Shown: piece by piece, positions 1 to 8,298 of the stretch
How the letters are laid out: each line of letters starts with the position of its first letter
Numbering within the stretch: position 1 is the first letter of the stretch
Virus record (IMG/VR): IMGVR_UViG_3300034284_000578
Location: 1-64,000 of that record
Strand: one strand, 5' to 3'
Origin: a virus
DNA length: 64,000 nt
Translations under genes and position numbers: made by a program
The notes under the pieces: generated by a model
Told to the model about the DNA's origin: nothing
The model's database searches: none
Seen by the model: only the letters and a program-made list of their open reading frames with translations

Positions 1-18
1 TAGATCAGACCCATAGTA

Positions 19-56
19 GCCCCTGCGAACCCTAACCGGTTCGTGGGGGCTTTTTC
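19..56 (+). terminator. Intrinsic terminator hairpin
   Basis: GCCCCTGCGAACC-loop-GGTTCGTGGGGGC followed by TTTTT. Confidence 0.7.
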
Positions 57-279
57 GTTTGCCGTGTTGCCGGGGAGCCACAGAAACTTTGATCCGCGAC
101 CCAAAGTGGATCAAAGCGACTCTGGCAGCTCGAGCACTCTGGCCTCCGGCTTCTATGGCTTGCCGCGCGATGTGCTGAAAACGCTATACTCGTAGGCGAA
201 ACATAGGGGTTTCTGGAGCAAGACTTGGCGGGAAAAACAGTATTTCTAGGGATATTTGGGTGGGACCCGGTGGGGCAAG

Positions 280-428
280 GCTCCCCCATCCCCTGTTTCC
301 CTCAAATACTTCTCATGGGACCCCTCCCCCCGGAAATCCTATACACAATTACTTGAGACCCCCACCCCGTCAAATCCTATAAATAATTCATAAAGGAACC
401 CCCACTCCCCCATATTCAATAAATATTT
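280..428. repeat. Four imperfect ~40-nt C-tract/AT-tract units in non-coding DNA
   Basis: Units such as GGGACCCCTCCCCCCGGAAATCCTATACAC, GAGACCCCCACCCCGTCAAATCCTATAAAT, GGAACCCCCACTCCCCCATATTCAATAAAT. Confidence 0.55.
378..385 (+). promoter_or_regulatory. T4-type late promoter TATAAATA
   Basis: Exact gp55 consensus upstream of the protease gene. Confidence 0.5.
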
Positions 429-487
429 TATGGAGATTTATCGAACAAACCCAGTTTTATATCGTATTAGTCTACAAGGAGATACCC

Positions 488-1891
488 ATGAAAACTATGT
501 TATTGATTATTGCAAGTATGTTCATGCTAGGTGGTGTGAGTGTTAGTAAACCACAAACAAATATTGATACTTTCTTTGTACACTGGAAAAATAGCGTAAA
601 TAAAGATGCTGTTCTATTGAATATTTCTGGCATTGAAAGCATAGAGCATTACTCTCATATACCAAATCTCACTATTGTAAAAATGATCAATACGGAAGCA
701 ATGGAATCAGCAGTTGCAGCACTAAAAGAAAATAGTGAAATTGAATTTATTGAAAAAGACCAAACATTCACTGCAACACGACACGAAGTCATTCCAAACG
801 ATGCAGGCTTTTCACAATGTTGGGGTCATCGCAACATAGGGCAGTCGGGTGGACTCATCAACTTTGATATGAACACCACGAATGCATGGTCAATTACAAA
901 AGGATTACCTAGTATTGTAATTATGGTTTTTGAAACAGGAGTTCAGCAAGATCATCCCGATATCAACCAAATTACCGGTCGTGATTTTACTACGGGTGCG
1001 GTAAATGGTGTAGCGGGAGGAGGTCCTAGCAGTATATTTGATAATCATGGCACAGCCGTGGCAGGATGTATCACAGCAATTATCAACAACTCAATTGGTA
1101 CGGTGGGGGTTGCACCAGACTGCAAGGTTGTCTCTGCTAAGGTGGGTACGGCAAATACGGCAGGATCATGGCAGGGGCAGACATCTTGGACGGTGAATGC
1201 AATTAATTGGGCAATCGCAAATGGTGTCCGTGTCACCAACAACAGCAATGATTACGGTACGGCTTCCACCGCCATGACGAATGCATACACGGCTGCAAGA
1301 AATGCAGGAATTGTCAATTTTGCCAGTTCAGGAAATTCTGGAAATACAACAATGGGATATCCAGCAACTGCTTCAAGCGTGAACGCAGTAGGTGCTTCAA
1401 GTAGAAACGGGCAAAGGGCATCCTTCTCCTCGTATGGAACAAAACTTGCATTCATTGCACCTGGTCAGTCTATCTACACCACGGATCGGACAGGAACGAA
1501 CGGATATGGATCGGGGGACTACACCACGATTGACGGCACATCGTTCTCATCGCCATATGCAGCAGGGGTAGCAGCGTTGATTCTTTCGGTCAATCCTTCT
1601 CTTTCGGCAGCACAGGTGGAATCGATCATGCAGTCAACATGCAGGGACATCGGGACAGTAGGGTTTGATACCCTCACGGGATGGGGAATGCTGAATGCTG
1701 ATGCGGCAGTCCGTGCTGCTCAACCGCTACCATGTCCTGCCGATCTCACCCGAGATAGAGTTGTGAACGGAACGGATCTTGGACAGATGTTAGGTGCTTG
1801 GGGAACAGCGCAAGCCGATATCAATGGTGACGGAACCACTGATGGATCGGATTTGGGTATTCTCCTTGGTACATGGGGTTCTTGTCCATAA
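488..1891 (+). CDS. Secreted S8 subtilase with prodomain and C-terminal GC-type dockerin-like domain
   Basis: Signal peptide; FETG (Glu at the catalytic Asp position), HGTAVAG, SSGN oxyanion motif, GTSFSSP; C-terminus CPADLTRDRVVNGTDLGQMLGAWG...ADINGDGTTDGSDLGILLGTWG. Confidence 0.9.
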   Translation: MKTMLLIIASMFMLGGVSVSKPQTNIDTFFVHWKNSVNKDAVLLNISGIESIEHYSHIPNLTIVKMINTEAMESAVAALKENSEIEFIEKDQTFTATRHEVIPNDAGFSQCWGHRNIGQSGGLINFDMNTTNAWSITKGLPSIVIMVFETGVQQDHPDINQITGRDFTTGAVNGVAGGGPSSIFDNHGTAVAGCITAIINNSIGTVGVAPDCKVVSAKVGTANTAGSWQGQTSWTVNAINWAIANGVRVTNNSNDYGTASTAMTNAYTAARNAGIVNFASSGNSGNTTMGYPATASSVNAVGASSRNGQRASFSSYGTKLAFIAPGQSIYTTDRTGTNGYGSGDYTTIDGTSFSSPYAAGVAALILSVNPSLSAAQVESIMQSTCRDIGTVGFDTLTGWGMLNADAAVRAAQPLPCPADLTRDRVVNGTDLGQMLGAWGTAQADINGDGTTDGSDLGILLGTWGSCP

Positions 1892-1892
1892 A

Positions 1893-1921
1893 AGAAAAAC
1901 CTCCCATCAAGGGAGGCTCTC
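1893..1921. terminator. Hairpin terminator between convergent genes
   Basis: CCTCCC-ATCAA-GGGAGG with an A-run on the left (U-tail on the minus strand). Confidence 0.6.
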
Positions 1922-1942
1922 TATTTGTTCTTTGTTATTTGT

Positions 1943-2113
1943 TTAGTTTTTTAGGTTTCCCTTTTCATCACGATTACCGTGAATCTTTCCACCGTCTTCC
2001 TTCTTGGGTCCACCGGGAATGCTCGCTGTCGATTTGCTCATTCCCTTCTTTATGGCTTCGATGTTTGCTGCTGCTTCCCACATCTTCTTGATATTATTTG
2101 GTATCTTTGACAT
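1943..2113 (-). CDS. Small basic late protein, 56 aa (MSKIPNNIKKMWEAAA...); not in the ORF track
   Basis: AAGGAG SD and TATAAATA (2133-2140, minus strand) upstream; N-terminus nearly identical to the divergent 2188 ORF. Confidence 0.75.
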   Translation of the reverse strand: MSKIPNNIKKMWEAAANIEAIKKGMSKSTASIPGGPKKEDGGKIHGNRDEKGNLKN

Positions 2114-2187
2114 AATTGATGCTCCTTCTTGTTATTTATAGAATGATAAATATTACGAAGAAATACATAATAAAAAGGAGAACACAT

Positions 2188-2361
2188 ATGTCAAATATAC
2201 CAGATAACATTAAGAAAATGTGGGAAGAAGCCGCCAGTAAATATGGAAAGAATTCACGCGGCAAAGATTCAAATTCTATTGGTAAAATAGGTGATAAAGA
2301 TAAACCATCACTTCATCAAGAACCGGTCAAAAAGTATCCAAAACCAGAAGATAAAAAATAA
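2188..2361 (+). CDS. Small basic late protein, 57 aa (MSNIPDNIKKMWEEAA...)
   Basis: AAGGAG SD at 2175-2180 fixes the start at 2188; GATAAATA upstream; shares its N-terminus with 1943-2113. Confidence 0.75.
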   Translation: MSNIPDNIKKMWEEAASKYGKNSRGKDSNSIGKIGDKDKPSLHQEPVKKYPKPEDKK

Positions 2362-2376
2362 AAGTAAACCATAAAA

Positions 2377-2407
2377 AATCCCCGGAGCAATCCGGGGATT
2401 GTGTTTT
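2377..2407 (+). terminator. Intrinsic terminator
   Basis: AATCCCCGGA-GCAA-TCCGGGGATT then GTGTTTT. Confidence 0.7.
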
Positions 2408-2424
2408 AAATACTACATATTTTT

Positions 2425-3234
2425 ATGGCGCAAACTAATAGCACACAAAAAGGTACATTATACGAAGCCAATGGATTCAAGCTTCTGAACAAATATGGAC
2501 TGGTTGCTGGTCCTGGCCCCGCCGGCGGGGCATCAAACATTCCAGATTTACAAATTATATTAGCATCTGGGGGGAAACCAGCCGGGTTAGAATTAAAAAT
2601 GTCACCCACCTCGGCCGGCGGTTTAGTTATGCAATACATTAAAGGTAAATGGGAACTGGGTGATACTGGTGGAAAAGAAGAAAAAATATTCTTAGAAAAA
2701 ATAGCAAACGATAACAATATATTACAAATAGCAAATAGAAAAACATCGCCATGGGGAAAGCGCGTGCCATATTTACAATATGATTCTGCTGGTAATAAAA
2801 TTTATCGGGGAAATATCACACCAAAACAAGCATATAAAAAAGATATTGCACAGTATGGTGCATCAAATGAAATACATGTAAATGTCGATCCATCTTCTGT
2901 TATCAGTTACTACAATACAAAAAAGTGCTACTATATGAATGTTGGCACACATGGATTTTATCTTCTTGGATCAAAAGATCCATTGGGTTTAAACGATGAA
3001 CTTAACAGGATGAAAGAGCCATTAATTCCTAATTTTGCTTTTCCGGTGCATATTAGATGCAGATGTCAACCCAAAGGAGGTGATAGTTATAATTTTAATA
3101 TGGTATTAACTATGAAAGCGGCAGGAAAATCTCCTTACAATTTACTGCCAATAATTGAAAGTACTGGAACCATCGATATGCCTGAATTTAACACATCACA
3201 AAATAAGATATTATTGAAAGCATTTGGAGTATAA
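2425..3234 (+). CDS. Putative PD-(D/E)xK nuclease-fold protein
   Basis: IPDLQI...GLELK motif spacing typical of restriction-like nucleases. Confidence 0.5.
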   Translation: MAQTNSTQKGTLYEANGFKLLNKYGLVAGPGPAGGASNIPDLQIILASGGKPAGLELKMSPTSAGGLVMQYIKGKWELGDTGGKEEKIFLEKIANDNNILQIANRKTSPWGKRVPYLQYDSAGNKIYRGNITPKQAYKKDIAQYGASNEIHVNVDPSSVISYYNTKKCYYMNVGTHGFYLLGSKDPLGLNDELNRMKEPLIPNFAFPVHIRCRCQPKGGDSYNFNMVLTMKAAGKSPYNLLPIIESTGTIDMPEFNTSQNKILLKAFGV

Positions 3235-3236
3235 AC

Positions 3237-3545
3237 ATGGTCAACACATTTAATCCAGCAGATCCATTCTCTGAAGATTTCAGTTTTGAATTCTCGGATA
3301 CACCCGAACAAACAATTCAAAAGGCACAAGAAGAAGCCAATGATGCAATTGATGAGGCAAAAGAAGCAGCAATTGCAAAATACACACAAAACATGCAATC
3401 GTTGGAAAAATTAATTCTTCCACTTTTATATAATCTTCTAAAAAATCCCGACAAGGATTATATTAAGTGGCCAGATCGTACTGTTGCAATCACCAAACAG
3501 ATTGATAAGATTACGAGTCTAACAAGAAAACCATTAGAGATATAA
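3237..3545 (+). CDS. Conserved T4-like phage hypothetical protein
   Basis: LILPLLYNLLKNPDKDYIKWPDR motif recalled from T4-like phages. Confidence 0.6.
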   Translation: MVNTFNPADPFSEDFSFEFSDTPEQTIQKAQEEANDAIDEAKEAAIAKYTQNMQSLEKLILPLLYNLLKNPDKDYIKWPDRTVAITKQIDKITSLTRKPLEI

Positions 3546-3577
3546 TAAAAAACCCCAGATCAACCGGGGTTCTTTGT
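3546..3577. terminator. Bidirectional terminator
   Basis: AAAAAACCCCAG-loop-CGGGGTTCTTT between convergent genes. Confidence 0.65.
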
Positions 3578-3593
3578 TTATTGTTTATTTAAA

Positions 3594-3794
3594 TTATTTA
3601 CTGTTTCTTTTTTCTTCTAAGATTGCATCAAGATTGATGTTATATTGTTCTACGATGTCGGAAATTACACTTTCGAGAAGTTGAATATACTCTTCTTGTT
3701 CTTGAATGCGTTGTTCGTTTAAATTAGCGGGTTGTCCTACGGATTCATGAACGTAGGTTTTTGTTAATTCATTTAACCATCTTGAGTCTGTCAT
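3594..3794 (-). CDS. Small late protein, possibly head-internal
   Basis: AGGAG SD and TATAAATA (3815-3822, minus strand); several L-x-E motifs. Confidence 0.65.
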   Translation of the reverse strand: MTDSRWLNELTKTYVHESVGQPANLNEQRIQEQEEYIQLLESVISDIVEQYNINLDAILEEKRNSK

Positions 3795-3938
3795 AGTAAT
3801 CTCCTAGTTTATTTTATTTATACAAAATAGAAATTCTATTTTAAGGCTAGACAAGCCAAAATAATCCAGTACTATATACCCCTACACCCCAAGAAGTGCG
3901 GGGTGTGTCTGTACTGACATTTTTATAAGGAGAAATGA

Positions 3939-4688
3939 ATGAATACAGGTTATACAGTTTTGACTGCACTCGCAGTCTCTGGTTCAGCAGTTGCTCAAAA
4001 CGCTGCTCCTGCTCCAGCATCAAGTTGGGATCTTCAATGGTCATTCAACGAGACAGTAGAAATTCACACCTTCAAGGGTAATGGTTCTACTTTGGTTGGA
4101 CTCAACCAAAACCTCTCATTGGATATCAACAAAGATTTCCACATTGATTTGGATGTTCCAGTTTACACACAAGATAACAACACTACTGTTAGCAACATCA
4201 ACCTAGGCGCGGCTTGGGACGTATGGAGCGGACAGAATGATGTTATTGGTAACTGGGGAGTATCTGTTGGTGCTGGTATGTACATCCCCGTTGGTTCGGA
4301 ATACTTCCGCAATGCTAACGTAGATCCATACCTCAACGCTGCATTTAACTGCAAGCTCTGGATGTTTGATTTTACTCAAACTGCCGGATATCGGTTCAAT
4401 GGTGGCGAATCCTATATCACTTGGCTTGGTGCAAAGACAAATTCAGATGTCGTTTCTTTGGGAACCGGTCTATCATATGACTGGAATGCCTTCAAGTTCG
4501 GTCTTGAATTTGATCAATTGTACTATGTCAATAGTGGTGAAGCACAACTCTTCCTTGGCCCAACAGTCAATTGGAGTGTTGCTTCAAATGTAAACTTGAA
4601 CATGGGAGTAGGTATTCCTGTGTATCAAGATGTTGTTACGCCCGAAGCGAATGCAATCGTTACGGCTGGTTTGGGAATCAAGTTCTAA
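3939..4688 (+). CDS. Outer-membrane beta-barrel protein
   Basis: Signal peptide (AVA|Q), alternating amphipathic aromatic strands, C-terminal GLGIKF Bam signal; AAGGAG SD. Confidence 0.75.
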   Translation: MNTGYTVLTALAVSGSAVAQNAAPAPASSWDLQWSFNETVEIHTFKGNGSTLVGLNQNLSLDINKDFHIDLDVPVYTQDNNTTVSNINLGAAWDVWSGQNDVIGNWGVSVGAGMYIPVGSEYFRNANVDPYLNAAFNCKLWMFDFTQTAGYRFNGGESYITWLGAKTNSDVVSLGTGLSYDWNAFKFGLEFDQLYYVNSGEAQLFLGPTVNWSVASNVNLNMGVGIPVYQDVVTPEANAIVTAGLGIKF

Positions 4689-4713
4689 TTCATTTATTTA
4701 AAGGAGATTAAAA

Positions 4714-4881
4714 ATGGAACAAACACAAACATGCACAAAGAAGTGTCCCCTCGGTGGTTTCTGCTGGAAGAACCCAACTCATTGGTTCTTTTTCCTTGCG
4801 GTACTACCTTTTGCTGTTGCTGGCGCTGCTGTTTTTGTCAACATGGTCAACAACGCAGTTTCAGCCGTAGCCGGTAAGTGA
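4714..4881 (+). CDS. Small membrane protein, 55 aa (MEQTQTCTKKCPLGGFCWKNPTHWFFFLAVLPF...)
   Basis: Strong AAGGAG SD; single hydrophobic helix; directly follows the barrel gene. Confidence 0.7.
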   Translation: MEQTQTCTKKCPLGGFCWKNPTHWFFFLAVLPFAVAGAAVFVNMVNNAVSAVAGK

Positions 4882-4924
4882 TATAAATACTTACAACCCC
4901 ACCGAAGATAGCATCTCCGGTCCG

Positions 4925-4956
4925 ACAACCTCCCCTCAAAAGGAGGTTGTTTCTTT
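4925..4956 (+). terminator. Intrinsic terminator
   Basis: ACAACCTCC-loop-GGAGGTTGT-TTCTTT. Confidence 0.7.
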
Positions 4957-4963
4957 ATAAATA
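4956..4963 (+). promoter_or_regulatory. Late promoter TATAAATA giving a near-leaderless mRNA
   Basis: Ends 5 nt before the ATG at 4969; no SD. Confidence 0.7.
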
Positions 4964-4968
4964 CACAT

Positions 4969-5388
4969 ATGAAGACCTTTAAACAACATTTAACCGAAGT
5001 GGAAAATTGGGACAACCAAATAGCCACAAACGATGAAACAGGTAAAACGTATCGTGTTAAAGACATGTATGACTATGCCAAAAACAATGGTAAATTCGTG
5101 CAAGATTTACCTATCAAAGATACAGATGCTTTGGAGTGGTGGGATAAGTCATATTCTATGGATAAACCCGAAAATGTAAAAAGAATGAAAAACGCAGATA
5201 CTTCTTTTCCTGTACTTGCTGTTGAATATGAAAAGGGAAAGTATTCTATTACAGATGGCTTAAATAGAATTAAAAAAGCACACTCATTAGAAAATAAAAA
5301 GACCATACCTGCATATATCATAAGTAATTCTGATATGAAAAATATAAAACCTGTAAATAAAGAAAATGATTCTGACAAGGTAGATTAA
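4969..5388 (+). CDS. ParB/Srx-like domain protein with a capsid-targeting-like N-terminus
   Basis: MKTFKQHLTE start; PVLAV...ITDGLNRIKKA...IPAYI ParB-N pattern. Confidence 0.65.
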   Translation: MKTFKQHLTEVENWDNQIATNDETGKTYRVKDMYDYAKNNGKFVQDLPIKDTDALEWWDKSYSMDKPENVKRMKNADTSFPVLAVEYEKGKYSITDGLNRIKKAHSLENKKTIPAYIISNSDMKNIKPVNKENDSDKVD

Positions 5389-5392
5389 GACA

Positions 5393-5551
5393 ATGAAATC
5401 GTTTAAGCAACATCTTCTTGAATTTATTCGTCGTGAGGGTAGTCAATATGTGGTACGCTCTGAGAAGGGTAAAAATATGGGCAAGTTTGATACTAAAGCG
5501 GCCGCAAAAAATCGTCTGCGACAAATTGAGTATTTTAAACACGCAAAATAA
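5393..5551 (+). CDS. Small basic protein, 52 aa (MKSFKQHLLE...KNRLRQIEYFKHAK); not in the ORF track
   Basis: Same N-terminal motif as 4969; RLRQIEYFK motif recalled from small phage proteins. Confidence 0.75.
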   Translation: MKSFKQHLLEFIRREGSQYVVRSEKGKNMGKFDTKAAAKNRLRQIEYFKHAK

Positions 5552-5564
5552 AATAAATACTTTC

Positions 5565-5846
5565 ATGAAGTCAGAATTTTCTCCAAATGACTTTGAGAAC
5601 TACATCAAAGCAATGTTCGGGACACCACCCGAACAGGGAGGAAATTCTCCAAAAGACGCGCACGAAGAAGGTGGAGAAGATATTGAATGGAGAATGCGCG
5701 AAATTGTTCAAGAACTGGTAGATAAACAAAAAGGCGGAGAAGCATTAACACAACAAGAGTTGGTTTTGCTACAAAAAGCCAAAAAATATTTAAGAGTTCG
5801 AGTTTCTGATTATTACAGAGATCTTGAAGATGATGTACAACCATAA
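5565..5846 (+). CDS. Hypothetical protein (start revised from 5418)
   Basis: ATG just after AATAAATA; upstream extension overlaps the 5393 gene. Confidence 0.6.
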   Translation: MKSEFSPNDFENYIKAMFGTPPEQGGNSPKDAHEEGGEDIEWRMREIVQELVDKQKGGEALTQQELVLLQKAKKYLRVRVSDYYRDLEDDVQP

Positions 5847-5854
5847 ATAGGTTA

Positions 5855-6190
5855 GTGAGGAATAAAATGAGATTAAACGAAGCAGAAACCGCCGCGCAAA
5901 AAAGTGTAATGCCAACTTCAACATCAATGCAAAATGCAAATGCAGCAGAGATTGAAAAGGCAAAAACACAAAATGTTAAAAGTCCCGATAGAAAATGGTT
6001 TATTCATCGTGTTGTGCAGCAATTAATACCAAGTTTATCTGCTCAAGTTGTCATGGCAAAGCAACAAGAAGCAGAAATGCAGCAACAAGAACTAGAAGCA
6101 CAACAACAAGCCGCTGAACAAGGACAACAAGGCGCTGAACCGGGACAAGAAGAAGCACAACAACAAGAAAATCCTGAGCAATCTGCTTGA
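5855..6190 (+). CDS. Gln/Glu-rich hypothetical protein
   Basis: CATAAATA upstream; Q-rich tail; likely start at MRLNE. Confidence 0.6.
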   Translation: MRNKMRLNEAETAAQKSVMPTSTSMQNANAAEIEKAKTQNVKSPDRKWFIHRVVQQLIPSLSAQVVMAKQQEAEMQQQELEAQQQAAEQGQQGAEPGQEEAQQQENPEQSA

Positions 6191-6257
6191 TTTTTTACTC
6201 GTACCTTGTATAATTTGTTCGTTATGAGCAAATTTATACCTTTTTTCGGATAAGTAT

Positions 6258-6578
6258 ATGAAAAAAGCAAGAAAAAAGTACGAAGCCCTCATAGAATATG
6301 CTAAAGATGGCGTATATGAGTTGTTTTTTTATGAACAAGGACAGTATAAGAAGATAGTGGAGTCCGAATCCCCTTCGGATTTGCTGCATTATCTACTTGA
6401 AAAGCACGAAAATAATGTTATAATCCGTATTCCACCAGTAATTAAAGAAATTATTGATTGTGAAGCGTTTGAATATCATAAATGGGTTTCAAATATCGAA
6501 AAAGAATTACTAAATGGAATACAACAAGCCATTAATGACATCACTGAATCAGATGAAACCGACCAATCGGACATCTAA
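6258..6578 (+). CDS. Hypothetical protein
   Basis: ORF track; operon-like packing. Confidence 0.6.
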   Translation: MKKARKKYEALIEYAKDGVYELFFYEQGQYKKIVESESPSDLLHYLLEKHENNVIIRIPPVIKEIIDCEAFEYHKWVSNIEKELLNGIQQAINDITESDETDQSDI

Positions 6579-6927
6579 CACCAAAAAGTACGACATAACT
6601 GAAACAGATTATGAAGTCGTGGAAATTCCAAGTGTCGGTGGCCGTACAATTAGACAAATAAGACCAAAACCAGTAAAATATCCACATTATTATGTTAATA
6701 ATGAAGAACTGTCACTTGATGATTTTGAGTGGGAAGAAAAAAATATTATGAATGAACAAAATGTACAACCAAAAATGTTTAGTATCGCCGAAGTGAGAGA
6801 ACTTGTTGCAAAGGCATGGGAAGACGGTTACACTACCTCTTCTGAAGATTCTTTCCACAACAAGAACACTCCATATGGTAAGTCGGATTTCTTCAAGGAA
6901 TTTTACGCCAATTACAATAAGGATTAA
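6553..6927 (+). CDS. Hypothetical protein
   Basis: ORF track (frame 6514-6927); start uncertain. Confidence 0.5.
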   Translation: MKPTNRTSNTKKYDITETDYEVVEIPSVGGRTIRQIRPKPVKYPHYYVNNEELSLDDFEWEEKNIMNEQNVQPKMFSIAEVRELVAKAWEDGYTTSSEDSFHNKNTPYGKSDFFKEFYANYNKD

Positions 6928-6929
6928 TT

Positions 6930-7991
6930 ATGAAAGTTGAAGATGATGTGAAGTTGGATTTTGCTGATGTACTAATTCGACCAAAACGAAGTGAACTAAA
7001 CAGTCGTAAAGAAGTTTCACTTTCACGCAGATTTGATTTTGACAGTTCTGGAATGCATGTTGCTTGGGATGGAATTCCTATTGCAGCGGCAAATATGAGT
7101 GGTATTGGTACTTTTTCTGTTGCAGAAAAACTATCTCAACACAGAATGTTAACTTGCATTCATAAGTTTTACACAGAAGAAGAGTGGATGAAAAATTACG
7201 ACAAACAACTTGTAAGCAATCCAGACCTTGATTGCTTTGTTTATAGTATGGGAATGGGTTCAAATTCTTACGAAGAAATCGTTAAAGCAACCAATATTCT
7301 CGATTATTGCTCTGCTGTAAAATTTATTTGTATTGATGTTGCAAACGGTTACACGCAAAAGTTTGTAGAATATGTTTCAACTATTCGTAAAATTTTTCCC
7401 GGTAAGATTTTAATTGCTGGCAATGTAGTAACCCGTGAAATGACAGAAGCATTAATTCTTGCTGGTGCAAATATCGTAAAGGTAGGAATTGGTCCTGGCT
7501 CAGTTTGCACTACTCGCAAGGTTGCTGGTGTTGGATATCCCCAACTGTCGGCAATTATGGAATGTGCCGATGCCGCACATGGTCTTGGTGGGCATATCAT
7601 GGCTGATGGTGGTTGCATATGCCCAGGTGATGTTGCAAAGGCATTTGGTGCCGGTGGCGATTTCGTGATGCTTGGTGGTATGTTTGCGGGCTCTGATGAA
7701 GCAGCACAACATGATGAATCTGGAAACAGAGTGTTTTACGGAATGTCATCAGAAACCGCAATGAACAAGTTTTCTGGCGGTGTAGCCACTTACCGAGCGT
7801 CAGAGGGTAAGACTATCAAGGTTAAGCAAACTGGTCCAATCGACAATACCGTTCAGGAAATTCTTGGTGGTGTTCGTTCGGCTTGCACCTATGTTGGCGC
7901 CAAGCGTCTGAAGGATCTGCCAAAGTGTACGACATTCGTTCGGGTAAACCGCCAAATCAATTCCGTATTTAATGGACAGGAAATTGCTTGA
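6930..7991 (+). CDS. guaC: GMP reductase
   Basis: KLDFADVLIRPKRS, DVANGY, KVGIGPGSVCTTR, GYPQLSA, YRASEGK motifs. Confidence 0.95.
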   Translation: MKVEDDVKLDFADVLIRPKRSELNSRKEVSLSRRFDFDSSGMHVAWDGIPIAAANMSGIGTFSVAEKLSQHRMLTCIHKFYTEEEWMKNYDKQLVSNPDLDCFVYSMGMGSNSYEEIVKATNILDYCSAVKFICIDVANGYTQKFVEYVSTIRKIFPGKILIAGNVVTREMTEALILAGANIVKVGIGPGSVCTTRKVAGVGYPQLSAIMECADAAHGLGGHIMADGGCICPGDVAKAFGAGGDFVMLGGMFAGSDEAAQHDESGNRVFYGMSSETAMNKFSGGVATYRASEGKTIKVKQTGPIDNTVQEILGGVRSACTYVGAKRLKDLPKCTTFVRVNRQINSVFNGQEIA

Positions 7992-8015
7992 CAAACAACG
8001 GAAATGCAGTATAAT
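7988..8015 (+). promoter_or_regulatory. Sigma70-type promoter
   Basis: TTGACA-N16-TATAAT. Confidence 0.8.
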
Positions 8016-8020
8016 TATGA

Positions 8021-8298
8021 GCATGACAGGAAACACAGTACCTTCAACGGAGTGTTAACAATGATTACTATTTAAATGTTTTGAACCTTTTTATTATGTA
8101 ATGTTAGCACATCGCGTGTGCATTTGATGGAGTATCAAGTCTCATAGAATGCATCCGATCAGGACAAGGTGTGAGGAACACCCCCTAGCAACTAAAACGA
8201 GATTGTGAAGGTTGCGGAAGGTTTTTGAGAGGACTTGTCTCTCAAGTGTGTAGAAAAGTTTACGGATAACTTTCTACATAACTACGAAACCGTCATAA
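8021..8298 (+). ncRNA. Unassigned multi-stem structured RNA (~280 nt)
   Basis: No ORF; nested long-range pairings plus several hairpins; starts at a consensus promoter. Confidence 0.55.

Noticed and set aside
32-289. 85-aa minus-strand ORF
   Set aside because: No SD or recognisable motif; runs through hairpins in an atypical GC-rich region
5418-5564. N-terminal extension of the 142-aa ORF
   Set aside because: Overlaps the better-supported 5393-5551 gene in another frame
8021-8298. RNase P RNA
   Set aside because: GAGGAA is present but the GAGGAAAGUCC context and the 3' P4 signature are missing
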